Shown: positions 12,304 to 26,098 of the stretch, one piece after another | Position numbering within the stretch: the first letter of the stretch is position 1 | How the letters are laid out: each line of letters starts with the position of its first letter | From: Geosiphon pyriformis uo1 | Taxonomy: Eukaryota > Fungi > Glomeromycota | Assembly (NCBI GenBank): GCA_016748015.1 | Contig: JAAOMT010000275.1 | Span: 319,667 to 383,666, forward strand | Reading direction: 5' to 3' | DNA: 64,000 nt | The notes under the pieces: generated by a model | The model's input: only the letters and a program-made list of their open reading frames with translations | The model's database searches: none | Told to the model about the DNA's origin: nothing | Position numbers and translations under genes: made by a program

Positions 12304-13008
12304 CTGTTGCTTCTCAAAATTGCAATTTTATCAAATTTTTTTTCTTAGTGTAATAGCTGGTAATCTTTCTAATAAGCTATTCTCAATCCTTGAGTGTTTT
12401 ACCCTTATTTCTAGGTTTTTTACTAGTCACTTTGACATCAATAACTCTGTATGTTTAATTTTTAATCAATTAGTAAATAATAAACAAAACAAAATAAAAC
12501 AACACAAAATAAATAATTAAGCCAAGGCAAGAAAAAATTAGTATTTTGTCAATAGCTATGATTAAGAGCTATTGGTCCAGTATAGTTAAGTATTAGTAAT
12601 TATCAACATGAGCTTGTTAATAGCAAAAAGATAGATTATAATGATAATAAGTATTTTATTAATATTTAATGTTTTCACTTCAAGTTATAAATTACTATTA
12701 TATAAAAAAATGGATAAGAATTGGAACTGGAGATTCTAATCTAATGATTCTGTTCTTTCTGCTTTTAATGCTACTGCTATATATACATAAATTTCATTAT
12801 ACAAGATTTCTTGAATTCCTCAATTTTTTAGCCAGAAATCTTAGAATTCCTGGAATTCTGTAATTTCTTGAAAGAAATTCTGGAATTCTGCAATTCTGCA
12901 ATTCTTTATACTAAAATTCTGTAATTCTGAAATTCTGCTTTTACTGTATTTTATTCTGATTGGCTAATTTGTATACTAATATATAATTTCTATATTCTAT
13001 AAGTAACA

Positions 13009-13269
13009 ACAGCAAAGTAACTATACATTTTTAGTAAGCTTCTAAACAAACAATTTTTAGAAAAAAATTGATGTTTACTACAATATAACTATACAAAATA
13101 ACTGACATAAAATTGGTTATTCTACTTATAAGCTTAGTAATTTAAATTATAAGAGATAATTTAAAGATAAATTTAGTTATTAAAGATTCAATTACTTTTA
13201 AAAAACATAAATTTGCAACAAATAGATATTAACAATATTTAAAAAAAAAACCAAAAACCTTCAGTAACA
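13009..13269 (+). mobile_element. Right-hand fragment of a family B LTR, truncated by insertion of element 0
   Basis: Matches 4601-4860 and ends in ...CAGTAACA. Begins ACAG immediately after the element 0 LTR. Confidence 0.85.
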
Positions 13270-13520
13270 ATATACATAGATTACAAAAGTAGAAAAAGCA
13301 ATTACAGTTAATAACTAAAATAAGGCCAAAACAATTTAAGTTCTATCTTTTTTTTAATTAGAACTGCAAATTCATGATACTAAAGTTTTGATAAAAAACT
13401 AACTAACTTTGCTACTTTTAAACTTGTTTTTTTATAGTATTTTTGTGATCTAAATACATTTATTAAACTATAAAATCAATTTAATATAATAAAACAAAAA
13501 GATTATGAAGTTGTAACTAC

Positions 13521-14495
13521 TATTACTGGAGGTTTTTGGTCTTTTTTCTTGAATGTTGTTAATGTTTGTTTGTTGTTAATTCGCATTTTTTGAAAGCTAG
13601 TAAATCTTCAATAACTGAATTTATCTTCAAATTAACTTCTATAATTTGAATTACTGAGCTTATAAATAAAATAACCAATTTTGTGCCAGTTACTTTATGT
13701 AGTTATATTATAGTAAATGTCAACTTTTTCTTAAGAATTGCTTGTCTGAAAGCTTACAAAAAATATGTAGTTACTTTGCTATAAAAGTCAACTTTTCTAC
13801 AGAAATCTTGTCTGTAGGCTACCTTAATAATAATAATAATAAAAATAAAAAAAAATAAAAAAAATATAAAAGATATAGAATTTTGTCAAGGAAAACGTTT
13901 TCTATTCAGACCTGAAGTTACTAACAGATTACTGAAATTGGCAGCTAATTAATTTTAAAACATTAATTGGGTTTTGGGAATTTCAAGTATAATAATTAAA
14001 AATTTTGGGTTTTTGAATATTTTATTTTTTTTATTTTATTTTTGCAGAAGTGTGTAAGAGATAATTGCTTTTAATTAAGATATTTAAAGTAAGATAAAAT
14101 ACGTTTTTTTGAAGAGAAAAGCTTTTTTTTTATACAACTTGTTATAGTACTAGTTTATAAACTTGAACTTTTTTCTTTATTATGATTTTAATAAACTAAA
14201 GATATGTTTTAGTGAATTACAAGTTATTTCTATAAACTATTGATTATTTTGGTAAACTATCAATTATTTTGGTAAATTTTAGCAAATTTTAGCAAATTCT
14301 TGAATATTAAATAATTCAAAATATTGTGTAATTTGATCATCTTAATTTTTATAATACAAATCGGATTATTAATTAAATAGTAATATTTGATAATTTGATT
14401 AAATAATAAGTGATAATTGAAGTGATTATTAATATATGCTAATTAATGATAAGGTAATTTTATGCTAGTTAATAGCTAATATTCTACTGGTAACA
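13521..14495 (-). repeat. 3' LTR of element 2
   Basis: Direct repeat of 23401-24370. Confidence 0.93.
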
Positions 14496-14509
14496 TAATC
14501 TTTTCCTCA

Positions 14510-15060
14510 AGACTAAGCTCTATTAAAGTTTAAGCACTAGCTGTAATATTAAGATAGTATTCAAAATAATCGTGATGATTTGGTCTGAAAATTGTTGAAA
14601 TTTCAGTTTTGTAAGTTTGTCAATATATTGAATCTTTATTGGTTAGAGTATTGGATTTTGTAGAATATTTTTACAAGTATTGAATAAGTTGTAGAGTTTA
14701 AGTACTGCTCTAAGTTTGTAGCAAGTGTTTATTGGTTTAGCTGTTGTCTTAAATTCATTGTGAATTTGTTTTTATATAGTTTCTGAAGTGAGATTTGTTG
14801 CTGCAAATTCCAATTTTCGTTTATAAAATGTTCTTCCAATATAAAAATAACTATATATAAGAGTATGTTCATTATTTTGTTCATTAAAATACTGTAGAAG
14901 TTTTTGTTGTGTTGTGATATTTGGTAAAATGTCAATAAAAGCAAATAAAAAGTTTTCTTTTAATGCTTGCTTTAAAAGTTTTGGTAATTGAATTCCAGAA
15001 TAATTTCTTGTGTTTTTTCTATAAGGGTGGTAATTTTGCAAATTGTTTACTATTGAGACT
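14510..15060 (-). pseudogene. ORF3 of element 2 (non-Env)
   Basis: ORF 14772-15041 (...IYSYFYIGRTFY...) continues through stops and a frameshift into LYNLFNTCKNILQNP...IQYIDKLTKLKFQQF. Confidence 0.65.
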
Positions 15061-15479
15061 GTGGTTTTTTTCTAAATGTAATTAATTTAACTTCTATTAA
15101 TTGTTATGGATAAGTCAAAAATGTTTTCAAGACTAACATTAATTTTTAGAATATTTGTTGAATGTTTCAGAGAATAAGCATTATAAAATTTGAATAAATA
15201 AAAATTTTGTTATAAAGAAAAAAATAAAGAAAGAATTATTTTGAGTATAGAGATTTTATATATTTTTGGTTTGGATTTTTGTTAATTATTTTCTATTTAT
15301 GTTTAACATTTCTATGTTATTTGGAGTAAATACTAATATAATTAATAAATTAAATGTTTAAATTTAGTTGTTGTTCTATTACAATTATTGGTTCTAAGTT
15401 TTGGAAAATATCTTTAGGATTAATTAATGGAAAGTGTGTATCAATTTGTAGAATTAATAGTTTAAAATTATTTTTGGAA

Positions 15480-18400
15480 TAATAATGTTTCAATCGATTT
15501 CTATGTACAACTTTTGCTAAGACTTTGTTATCAAATCTTAATTTGTATGATTTATTGTCTAGAATTTTGTGAATATAAAATGGTTTATCTTATTTATATT
15601 CAAATTTTCAACTCCATTGTTTTTCAGTCTTAGTTCTGTGTAAGAAAACTTTGTTTCCAATTGTAAATTCATTGGTGACTAGTGGCAATTTGTTGTTATG
15701 CTATTCTTTTTGTTAAGCTTTAAAGTGTTTAATATAAATAACTACAATTTGTCATTTTTTTTCTAATGTTCTAAAAAAAGTATAGGTTTTTTGTTAAAGT
15801 GTTTCTTGAAAGTTTTCTTTATTAATTGGTTGCATGGAGTATGTTTCTATAGTTAAATTGATTAATAATATTGCTGTTCTTTCATAGGTTAAATCAAAAA
15901 ATGTGTATTTTATGGTATTTTGTTTTATTGTTTTGTATATTAATAATACTAATAAAATAAAAATATCTCATTTCTGCTTAAAATTGGTTGAAACTTTGGC
16001 TAATAATTTATATAATGTTCTATTAAACTATTCTATTAGTTTATATGTTTGTAAATAATAGAATAATAATAGAGGTTGTTTAATGTTGAATTATTTACAA
16101 ATTTCTTGTATTAGGTTATTTACAAAATGTGTTCTTTGATCAGATAAGAGTTCAAATGAGCATTCATGTTTACAAATAATGTTTTTGCAGATAAAATTTG
16201 CTACTAATTTGGCATCTGTTTTTTGGATGGTTTTAGCTTTAAACCATTTGGTAAGATAGTCTACTATAACTGCAATATAACAGTTTTCTTAATTTGTAAT
16301 AGATAATAGTTCAACTAAATTGATACCAACTCTGTCAAAAAATTGTCCAACTTTGATTGAATTTAAAGATTCAGTAGATCAAATTTTTTTTCTTTTTTAA
16401 CAACTATCACATAATTCTATATATTGTTAAATATTTTGATATATATAAGGCCAAAAATAATGTTTTAATATTTGTTGTATTGTGCTGTCTTTTTTCAGAT
16501 GTGCTAATAAAAGATCTGTATACATGTTGTATAAGATTGTTTTTTTTTCATATTGTTAGACTAATCTAAATGAATTTGTTGGGTTTTGGCGGTTTTGATA
16601 ATAAATTTTGTTGTAGTGTAAGAAATATTATTTGAATTGGTGTTGTAATCAGTGTTTTTCAGCTGAAAACCAATTTTCTGGTATGTTGAGAGTCTCTAAA
16701 TATTTTTAATATTGTTTTAGTTTTTAGAATCCATTGTTTTTTTTGTTGATTGTTGTTAAATTAGTGGTTTGTTGGTGTTAATTCTAATTTTGTCTTATTT
16801 TAGAAAGGCTATTTATATTGGTATATAATTTGCCTAATTTGTGATATACAATATATTTATAGTCTGCTAGAAAATCAGACCATCAGAATTGTTTAATGTT
16901 AAATTCAGAGTTTTTTTTGTTAAGCCATTTAAGGCCAATATTGTCAGTTATAATGTCAAATTTTTTTCCATTTTTTAAGTATTGTTAAAAATGTTTAAGA
17001 GCTCAGATAACAGCTGCTGCTTCTAATTTAGTTGAACCATATTTTGTTTTTGTAGATTTAAGAGTTCTACTAACATAAACAATAACTTATTTATTGCCAT
17101 TTTCATCCAATTGTAATAAAATGACACCAAAAACTATATGTAAAGCATTAGTAGCTAACTGAAATTTTTTATTAAAATTTAAATATGCAAAAATTGGAAC
17201 TGTGGTGAGTTTTTCTTTGAGAGTGTCAAATGCTTTTTGTTGAGCTTGTGTTTATTGATATTTCATATTTTTGTTAATCAGATGGTTAAATAGTTTAGCA
17301 ATATTAGAGAATTTTTTAATGAATTTTCAGTAATAGAAGATTAATTTTATAAATTCTCTTAGTTCTGTTGTATTTTGGAGAATTTTGAAATTTTTAACAG
17401 CACTAATTGTTTCTGGATTTGTTGGACTTCATTTTTGCTAATAATGTGTTCAAAAAAGATTAAACTTGTTTTTTTAAAGTAATATTTTTTAATATTTAAT
17501 TTTAATCTTGCTTTTCATAATCATTAAAAAACTTTTCACAAGTAGATCAAATGGGCTTTAAAACTTGGAAAGTATACATTAGTGTTATTCAAGTAAATGA
17601 CTACTGATTGTTATAAAAATTTTTTATAAACAATATTCATAAGTTACTAAAATGTTGCTAGTATGTTGCAAAGTTCAAATAGCATAATATTGAATTTGTA
17701 GTTTTCTTTTTGTGTAATGAATGTTGTTTTAGATTGATTTTTAAGATCTATTTCAACTTGCCAGTATCTGTTTTTCAAGTCTAAAGTTGAAAAGAACTTG
17801 GTTTTTTCTAGAGCATCTAACATGTTGTCGATTTTTGATAAAGAGTATGTATCTCTAATTGTAACACTATTCAATTGTTAGTAGTTTACACAGAATTTGA
17901 TTTTGCTATTTTTTTTTTATAAAAACTACTAATAAGGCTTAAAGATTTTTTGATAGTTGGATAAGACCATTATTAAGCATTTGTTACACTTCTTTTCTGA
18001 TAAATTAGTGTCTGGTAGATGAAACTCAGTAAGCTTGTTAATGTTTTGGTAGAACATCTCCTGTATGAATCTAATGCTGCACAATATTAGTTTTTTTAAG
18101 AGTATTATTGTCTTTAGCAAATATATCAGCATATTCAGCAATTAATTGTTTTAATTGTCTTTGTTGTTGGGATTCTAAGAGACCCATGTTAATTTGAGAA
18201 AGTTTTTCTTCTAGAATATGGTAGTTTTTAGTAGTGAAAATAATGTTTAGATTTAGGAATAAGATATGTTTTACAATTTTAATAAAGTTAGAAACAATCT
18301 GAAAGGTTTTATCTTGAAAGATATTGTTATATATAATTCTAATTTCTAATTTATTTAATAAAATAATGAGGTAGCTATTGAAGTTATAGAATATAACTCA

Positions 18401-20380
18401 AAATTTTTTTATTTCTTTTGGAATATAAACATTTGGAATTGAAATTTCATGCTTTAAGCAGATTTGTTCAATTGACCCAAAGATTTGTTGGATGGTAATA
18501 GGCTTTGAGCAAGTGTAGATTTTGTAATATTTTCCAAATAGTAAAATAATAATTGGTTGGAAAAGTCAAAGAATTTGGTAAAATTTATTTTGTGTATTAA
18601 AAGCTATATTTATTGAAACTATAAATTGTCCAGTTAAACCAAAACTTTGAGTTTCTCTTTTACTTTTTCTTAATTGTTTTCTATTGTTAACTGATTGCAA
18701 ACCTAAAATATTGATTAGAGGTAAATAAATAGCTTGTGCAATTTTTTCAATATGCTCTATTTTGAATGGTTTTTTGGTTTTATTTTGTAGCATAATGATA
18801 ATATCTCTAATGTATTCTGTATCTATAACTTCTTCTTTAATATTGATTTTTTTGTTTGTTAATAATAATTGGAAAACAATTTGAACTATTGCTCCTAGTA
18901 ATATTTTAAGAGCAATTTTAAGGTTAATTTTTGTTAACAATTTTGGTTAAAAAACCAGAGTATTTTTCCTAAATATTGTAGATTATATTCAGCATTTATT
19001 TTATGAGCTTTTTCTGACTTAATTTTTTAACCATTATTGTTGAAATATTTAAGTTATATAATTGGTTGATTCTTAATGAAATAGATTGGAGTTGTTGTAA
19101 TTTTTTTTTTAACTTAAATTTTTCAAACTCAATTTCCTTTTGATTATTTTTACTGGACAAAAGAATACTAAGAGCATAGTATTCTGAACACTATTTGTCA
19201 TTACAAAGCATTATGTATTCTTTACACAATTGAATGTTTATTTGTTCTAATTATTAAATTTAAGCTTTTTGAATTAGATAAGTGTAATTTGTAATTTAGT
19301 GATATGTTTTTACTTTATTTTCATAGTTAAATTCAACTAATTTTATAATATACTCAATGTATTTAGCTTTTTTTATTTGGTGGATATCTTCTCAGATTTC
19401 TTAATTAATTAAAATCATGGCCAGTTCATAAATCATTTCAGTATTATGTAAATAATAGTAGAGTTTGTTGAGAGTGCTGTTATATGCTGCATTGAAAAAG
19501 ATTTTTCTTTTCACTTTTTCTGTAATTAAAAGTGTATATTGACAGATTTAATTATAGATTTCTCCTCTTATTACAACATCAATTCAGTTGTATTCTTTTG
19601 ATAATATTTTTTCACATATAAGATATGAAGTGCTGTTCTATTTTTCACTTTATTTGGAATATTTAAATTATTTTCTATGGCATGTTTTGCAAAAATAATA
19701 AGTGCATGTTTCATATTCTTCTTTTGGGGATATGTATACTCCCATTAATAAAAGCTTTTTGTTGTAGTTTTTACATTTAAATGGAATATAAGATGGTTGT
19801 TTTTGTGATTCTGGTATAGAGTATTAAACAATATTCTATTTTCTGGTTTTCTCGAAAATCTTTTACTCTGTTTTTCTAGCCCAATTAGATGTTGATTTAA
19901 GAGTCATATATGTTTTGGTAATTAACATTTCTTTCTTTTCTTCAAATTTAAACACTAGAGCTTTTTCGGATCATTTGTTAAAAATACTATATGTAGTAAG
20001 TACTTAGGTATTTTGTCTTTAATATGAAATTTTCAGTTTTTGGGTTTCCTAATTAAGATTTGTATTGGTCTTGAAAAGCCAATTATTTCTGACAAGAGCT
20101 TAATATTAGAGTATATTCATGACAAAAATTTTAATTGGAATGATAATTCTATCAATAGTAAAGAAAAAATTGTCAATTTTTTTTACTAGAATTTTTTTCA
20201 TTCTATTAGCTGTGACAATAACTCTCTGGGCAGACCTGTTAACAGTTCATTGAAGCTGTTGTATTAATTTATAGGTGATAATACTACTGGCAGATCTATT
20301 TTTTAGAATTAATTGAATTGGTTTTTCTTTTACTTCAGTTTTAATATATATTGCTGTAATTGTTTTCTGTTTATTAACTA
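15480..20380 (-). pseudogene. pol: pol of element 2: protease ~20370-20000, Cys-rich domain ~19830-19180, dUTPase ~19060-18630, RT ~18100-17450, RNase H, integrase ~16700-15480
   Basis: ORF 18566-18940 is dUTPase-like (EKIAQAIYLP...QSFGLTG). ORF 17647-17874 is RT (FSTLDLKNRYWQV). YLNN at ~17585-17596. Integrase VGINLV. Heavily mutated. Confidence 0.88.
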
Positions 20381-20837
20381 CTATATTGCTAAGTAAAGAT
20401 GGTGTTTTATTGGCTTTAAATTCAAATAAAAATATATTTAAGAGGTTGGCATTTTGGGCATTTTGGGTTAGTGAAATAATATTGTTAAAAGAATTTAATC
20501 TTGGTGCTGCAGCTTTATTTTTAAAAAGTGCAGATTGTTAAAAATCTAGTTTTTCAGCTATTGTTAAATAACTTGGTTAAATATAATAGTAATTAGGTTT
20601 TTGTTGACCAGAATTTCAGAGAACCAATTTGTTGTTTAAATTAATTCTGTTGTTGTTACTTTGAAAGCAATTTTGAGGTGTAAATTGGTTTTGTTAAACC
20701 AATCTTTGAGCAGATATTTGATATTATTAAGTAGATGATAATTAATATTGCTGAATTGGTAGAGATTGTTAATATTGCTGCTGTATTAGTTGTAGAGCAG
20801 ATTGATAGTAATTGTTTTGATTTTGTGGTCTTAATAA

Positions 20838-21796
20838 TATTATTGGTAATTATTTGAGATCTTAAATCAAATAACAAACTTATAACTTGGTACTTAATAG
20901 CTGCTTCAACTGGTAATATTTGAAGGTTTTGATAATTTGAAGATTTTTGTGGAATTCTTTATATAATAGACAGAAATTCAATAGTGATATTTTTTAGTAA
21001 TATTTCTAGTTTCTTTTTAACTCTTGAGTTGGTATGCTTTGTTGTCTGTCACTTTCCAGAATTACAATTCTGTCAATTTTTTTCTTGGCATGATGGCTGG
21101 CAATCTTTTAGTAAGCTATCCTTAATTATGAGTGTCTATCCTTATTTCTGGGTCTTTTACCAGTACTATATTCTGATGTTAGTACCCTATGCATTAGTTT
21201 TTTAATCAATTAGTAAATCTACAATAAAATAAAAAAGAAAAAAAAGAAAAAAAAAGAAAAAAAAGAAAAAAAAAAGAAATAAAGAGATAAGCCAAGACAA
21301 AAAAAGTTAGTATCTCATTAATAGTCATGATTAAGAGTTATTGGTTTAGTGTAGTTAAGTATTGGTAATTATCAACATAAGTTGTTAATAATAAAACAAT
21401 AGATTGTGATGATAATAAGTATTTTATTAATATTTGAAGTTTCTACTTTAAATTATAGAATACTATTATATGAAGAGATGGATAGAGAATTGAAACTAGA
21501 AGTTTTAATCTAAAAATTCTTGCTAAGAATTTTTATCTTTCTGTTTTTAATACTACTACTATATATACATAATTTTTATTATATAAGATTTCTTGAATTT
21601 TTTAATTCCTTAACCAGAAATCTTGGAATTCTTGAAATCCTGTAATTTTTTAAGAAGAATTCTGGAATTTTGAAATTCTGCAATTTTTCTTACTAGAATC
21701 TTATAATTCTGGAATTTTGGAATTCCACTTTTACTGCATTTTATTCTAATTAGTTAATTTGTATACTATATAATTCCTATATTTTTATAAATAACA
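20838..21796 (-). mobile_element. Solo LTR, family C, nested in element 2
   Basis: Homologous to 153-312 plus 12308-13008. TSD ATAA on both sides (20834-20837 / 21797-21800). Confidence 0.88.
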
Positions 21797-21800
21797 ATAA

Positions 21801-23385
21801 GTAATAAGTTGATAATAGAAGTTGGTAATAGGATTGCTAAAGTTGAAAATAATGTTGATTATTTTTTTGCTGTTGGTCTTTTTGCATTTTTCAGCAATCT
21901 TGTTTCCAATGTTTTGAAATTCCACAATAGTAATAGTTTTAAGATTGGTTGTTTGGTGATAATATGTAGTCGTTTTGATTATATTATTGAAGTGGTTGAT
22001 ATTTTTGCTGTAACTGTTGCTGTTGGTTAGTAAAGTAATTCTCAACTTTTTTGGTCAATTGGTTAATTTTTTTTCAGTTGCTGAGCTGGTTTTTTTAATT
22101 GCAAGATTTACAAACTTAGTATAATTGGCTTCTTTTATAGCTATTTTGTAGTTTTTTGTATGTCAAATAGCTGTAGTTAAGTTGGCTGGAGCATGAGGGT
22201 GAACTTTTTTGATTAATTTATTTTTTAATTTTGCAATAAATTAATCCAAAATCTGAGCATTAGAGTAATAGTTATTGGTTTCTAATTGTTGAATTCATTA
22301 AAGCAATTTGTTAAATTTTTTAAGATAAATTATAACAGATTTAGATAGTTCTTGCCTAATATTATAGAATCAGTTTTAGAGGGTGATAAATGTGTTGTTG
22401 TTAGTGAATTGTTTTAAGAAAGCATCTTTAAATGCTTGCCAATTTTCAAAAAGTTCAGTCAAATTTTCAAACCATTTTTTTGCTGTTTTTTGGAGAAAGT
22501 ATAGAATTGTTTTCAACATTTTTGTAGCATTCTATCTATTTGCATCTCCTATTTTTTGGACTTTGTTAAACCATTTTTGTGAACTGGTGTCAGCATTTTT
22601 TCTTGTGAATTTAGTGATTTTTGCAATGTAGATAGTTGCCATATCTTCAGAATTTTCATTTTTAGTAGTTTTGTTTTCTGTAGTTTTAGAAGTGTTTTTG
22701 TTGTTATTAGAGTAATTACTTTGGTTTTCTGCTAGAAAATTAAGAAAATTGGTACTGGTGAATATGGATTCTGGTTGTTAAGTAGGACTTTTTGGTGAGG
22801 TAAAATCTTCTGGTCTTGAAAATCAGATAAGAGGTGAATTGAAAGTTTGTGATTAAGCAAATGAAATTGAAAATGGTATAATAGAAAGTGGTAATTTAAC
22901 ACTGATTTCTTGTTTAAATGTTTGCAAGTATTTGGCAGTTGTTTTTGATGTGTTGTGAATTGTATGGCTAACTTAAAGTATTTTTTTCTTTTGCTTTTTG
23001 CTGTTGCTATTTTTTGGTTCTGATTTAAAGTTAAGAGAGTATTTGAATTATACTGAATATTTTTTTTCACAATACTGAATAATATTAAAGTTGAGTTCAT
23101 AGAAGTAAGTGTCAAGTGTTTTACTGTTAAGATCTTTAGTTTCCAAGTGAAAATAGTGCAATAAGTTTTCATAAAAATTGTTTTTGATTTCTGAAATATT
23201 GTAGTTTTCAAAAAGATAATTGTTAATATAATTTTTATTGTATTAGTATAATGTTTTCTTGAGAATTTCAATTTCGTCTTAGTTGTTAAATCTTTGCTTG
23301 CAGTAAGTGTAAATTGACTGATAATACTTTAGAGTTGTTGTGTCAATTGTGATTACTACTTTGAAGTTGTTATTGCTGTATTATT
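21801..23385 (-). pseudogene. gag: gag of element 2 (capsid core from ATG ~22642, N-terminal extension upstream)
   Basis: MATIYIAKIxKFT...QKWFNKVQK...AFKDAFLKQFTNNNT...QILDxFIAKLK. Confidence 0.8.
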
Positions 23386-23400
23386 TTTGTGAGCACCAAA

Positions 23401-24370
23401 TGTTTTCAGAGGTTTTTGGTCTCTTTTTTTGAATGTTATTAATGTCTGTTTGTTATTAATTTGCATTTTTTGGAAGCTAATAAACCTCCAATAACTGAAT
23501 TTATTTTCAAATTATCTTCTATAATTTAAACTACTGGGCTTATAAATAAAATAGCCAATTTCATACCAGTTACTTTATGTAGTTATATTGTAGTAAACAT
23601 TAACTCTTTTTCAAGAATTGCTTGTTTGAAAGCTTATTAAAAATGTGTAGTTATTTTGCTGTAAAAGTCAACTCTTTTACAAAAATTTCGTCTGTAGGCT
23701 ACTTTAATAATAATAAAAATAAAAAAAATGTAAAAGAAATAGAATTTTGTCAAGAGAAATGTTTTTTATTCAGGCCTAAAGTCACTAATAGATTATTGAA
23801 ATTAGTAGCTAATTAATTTCAAAATGTTAATTGGGTTTTGGGAATTCAAGTATAATAATTAAAGATTTTGGGTTTTTGAATATTTGATTTTTTTTATTTT
23901 ATTTTTGCAAAGGTATGTAAGAGATGATTGCCATTAAATAAGATATCTAAAGTAAGATAAAATACATTTTTTTGAAAAAAAAAGCTTTTTTTTTATACAA
24001 TTTATTATAATACTAATTTATAAACTTGAATTTTCTTTTTTGCTATGATTTTAATGAACTAAAGATATATTTTAGTAAACTACAAATTATTTTTACAAAC
24101 TATTAATTATTTCAGTGAACTATTAATTATTTTGGTGAATTTCTATAAATTTCAGTAAATTTTTGAATGTTAAGTAGTTCAGGATATTGTGTAATTTGAT
24201 CATCTTAATTTCTATAATACAAATCAAATTATTGATTAAATGATAATATTTGATAATTTGATTAAAAATAATAAGTAATAATTGAAGTAATTATTAATAT
24301 ATGCTAATTAATAATAGAAATTATAAGAGTAATTTTATGCTAGTTAATAGCTAATATTTTATTGGTAACA
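23401..24370 (-). repeat. 5' LTR of element 2
   Basis: On the minus strand TGTTACC...AAAACA, followed by the PBS. Confidence 0.93.
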
Positions 24371-24671
24371 CTACTTATCTTAAAAAATTTAATTAAACTT
24401 TCTATTAAATTCAGATAATTAAAAAAAACTATTATATTTCAGATCAAATTTTCAACCAATTTATTAAGAGACTAAAAAACAGTATTTTTTAATTTGTTAG
24501 GCTCTAATATTTTAACAACTTATAAGAAACAGTAATACTTATTAATAATTTTAAATTTGTAAAACAAAAAGTTAATTACATCCAAACCATTAATTTAATC
24601 ATAAACAAAATCTCAAACATCAATGTAAAGCTTATTCAATTAAGTAAAAAATTAACTCAAAAAATTTAGAA

Positions 24672-24925
24672 AATTATTAGCCATCTGGATTGCAGAAGCC
24701 AAAAAAGCAATTAAAGCCAATAATTAAGATGAGATCAGAATAATTCAAGTCTTACTGTTTTTTTTAACAGAAACTACAGATTCATGATATCAAAGTCTCA
24801 AGAAAAAACTGACTGACTTTGCTGCTTTCAAACTCACTTTTCTATAATACTTTTGTAATTTCAATATACTTAATAGACTACAAAATCAGTTTAGTGTGAT
24901 AAAACAAAAAGATTATAAAGCAACA
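24672..24925 (+). pseudogene. Second copy of the gag N-terminal capsid segment
   Basis: WIAEAKKAIKANN...TDFAAFKLTF...KQKDYKA parallels 13270-13520. Confidence 0.7.
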
Positions 24926-26098
24926 AAAAAAATAAAAAAATAGTCTATATTATTAACAAAAGATAATAAACTGGTATAATTCTATGTTTTATATTAGCAC
25001 TCTTAAAATTCAATATTAAGTATTAGTTGTATTTTTTAATTAATATGTATTTTAAGTTATTAATTTATATGTTATTGACTTTAAAGTCCAATAATTAATT
25101 TATATTGGAATATTTTACATAGTGTATTTCACAAAATTGTACTTTTATATAATTAAAAATATTCGAATTTAATACAAAAATTTGGGTTAAAAAGAAAAAA
25201 TATATTATACATAGAAGTAGTATTTTGTAGTAATTATAAAACAATAAAAGTAAAGATTTTTTTTTGTTAGAAACAGCTTATATATTTTGTAAATGTTGTG
25301 ATTTAAAATTATGTTTAACCTAAAGTTAAAAATAATAATTCTTGATACATTAGCATTTAATTAAAATTAATCTAAAATAATTAAAAAATAAAAACTGATT
25401 ATACAAATTTGGTTGTTTAAATCTATTAACTTAATATGCAATTATTTAGATATAGATTTGACGATTTAAATATCAAGATTGGTTAAGAATCAGAACACAA
25501 AATAAATAAATAACTAATACAATATTATAAACAATAAAAAATATCAATAATTAATTCAACATTATTTAAAATTTATATTTAAAAACAATATTTAAACAAT
25601 TTTAAAATATATTTTAATATAAAAATAATTTGAACAGAAAATTAAAAAAAAAAATTCTTAATAAATTTTATAATAAAAAAAATAGTTGTAAAATGACAAA
25701 TTAAATAATAAGTAATATTTTTTATTTATCAAGCTAATTATAAATTTATTGAGTGTTTTTATGAGAATTTTTTTCAAATAAATTTAACTTAAATTTTTAA
25801 TAATGTTTTTAATTTTAAAATAATTAATAGTTGAAATAAAGTCAAAAATATCAAAGTAATTAATGTTTTGAAAGATAGAATATTTAATATGATTACTTTA
25901 ATTTATAAAAGCACAAAAACCTGATTTTAAAATATATAATTTATAATTATAAGTTTGTGTTTTAATATTTGCATTAGATTTAAACGACTAAATAATTTGA
26001 TTCATCTGTTCAATTTTAATAAAAATTAAATGTCTAGAAAACATGAAAAACTCCAAGTTAATAAAAGATAATAATTAAATTTAAGACTAGAATTATAT

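Larger units (their letters stand above)
153..13008 (-). repeat. 5' LTR of element 0 (family C), split into 153-312 and 12308-13008 by insertion of element 1
   Basis: The two pieces join across the CTGT TSD into one LTR homologous to the solo LTR at 20838-21796. Termini on the minus strand are TGTTAC (13008) and ...GTAATA (153). Confidence 0.85.
13521..24370 (-). mobile_element. Full-length degenerate Ty3/Gypsy LTR retrotransposon, element 2 (family B)
   Basis: LTRs at 23401-24370 (5') and 13521-14495 (3'). Perfect TSD CTAC (13517-13520 / 24371-24374). PBS TTTGGTGCTCAC at 23400-23389; PPT GAGGAAAAGA next to the 3' LTR. Minus-strand gag, PR, dUTPase, RT and IN motifs. Confidence 0.95.
13270..24665 (+). 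pseudogene. Oldest gag relic (13270-13520 plus 24375-24665), split by element 2
   Basis: The degenerate frame ...AITxNN...KQKDYEVVTT|YL...QIFNQFIKRLK is continuous across the CTAC TSD. Confidence 0.75.
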
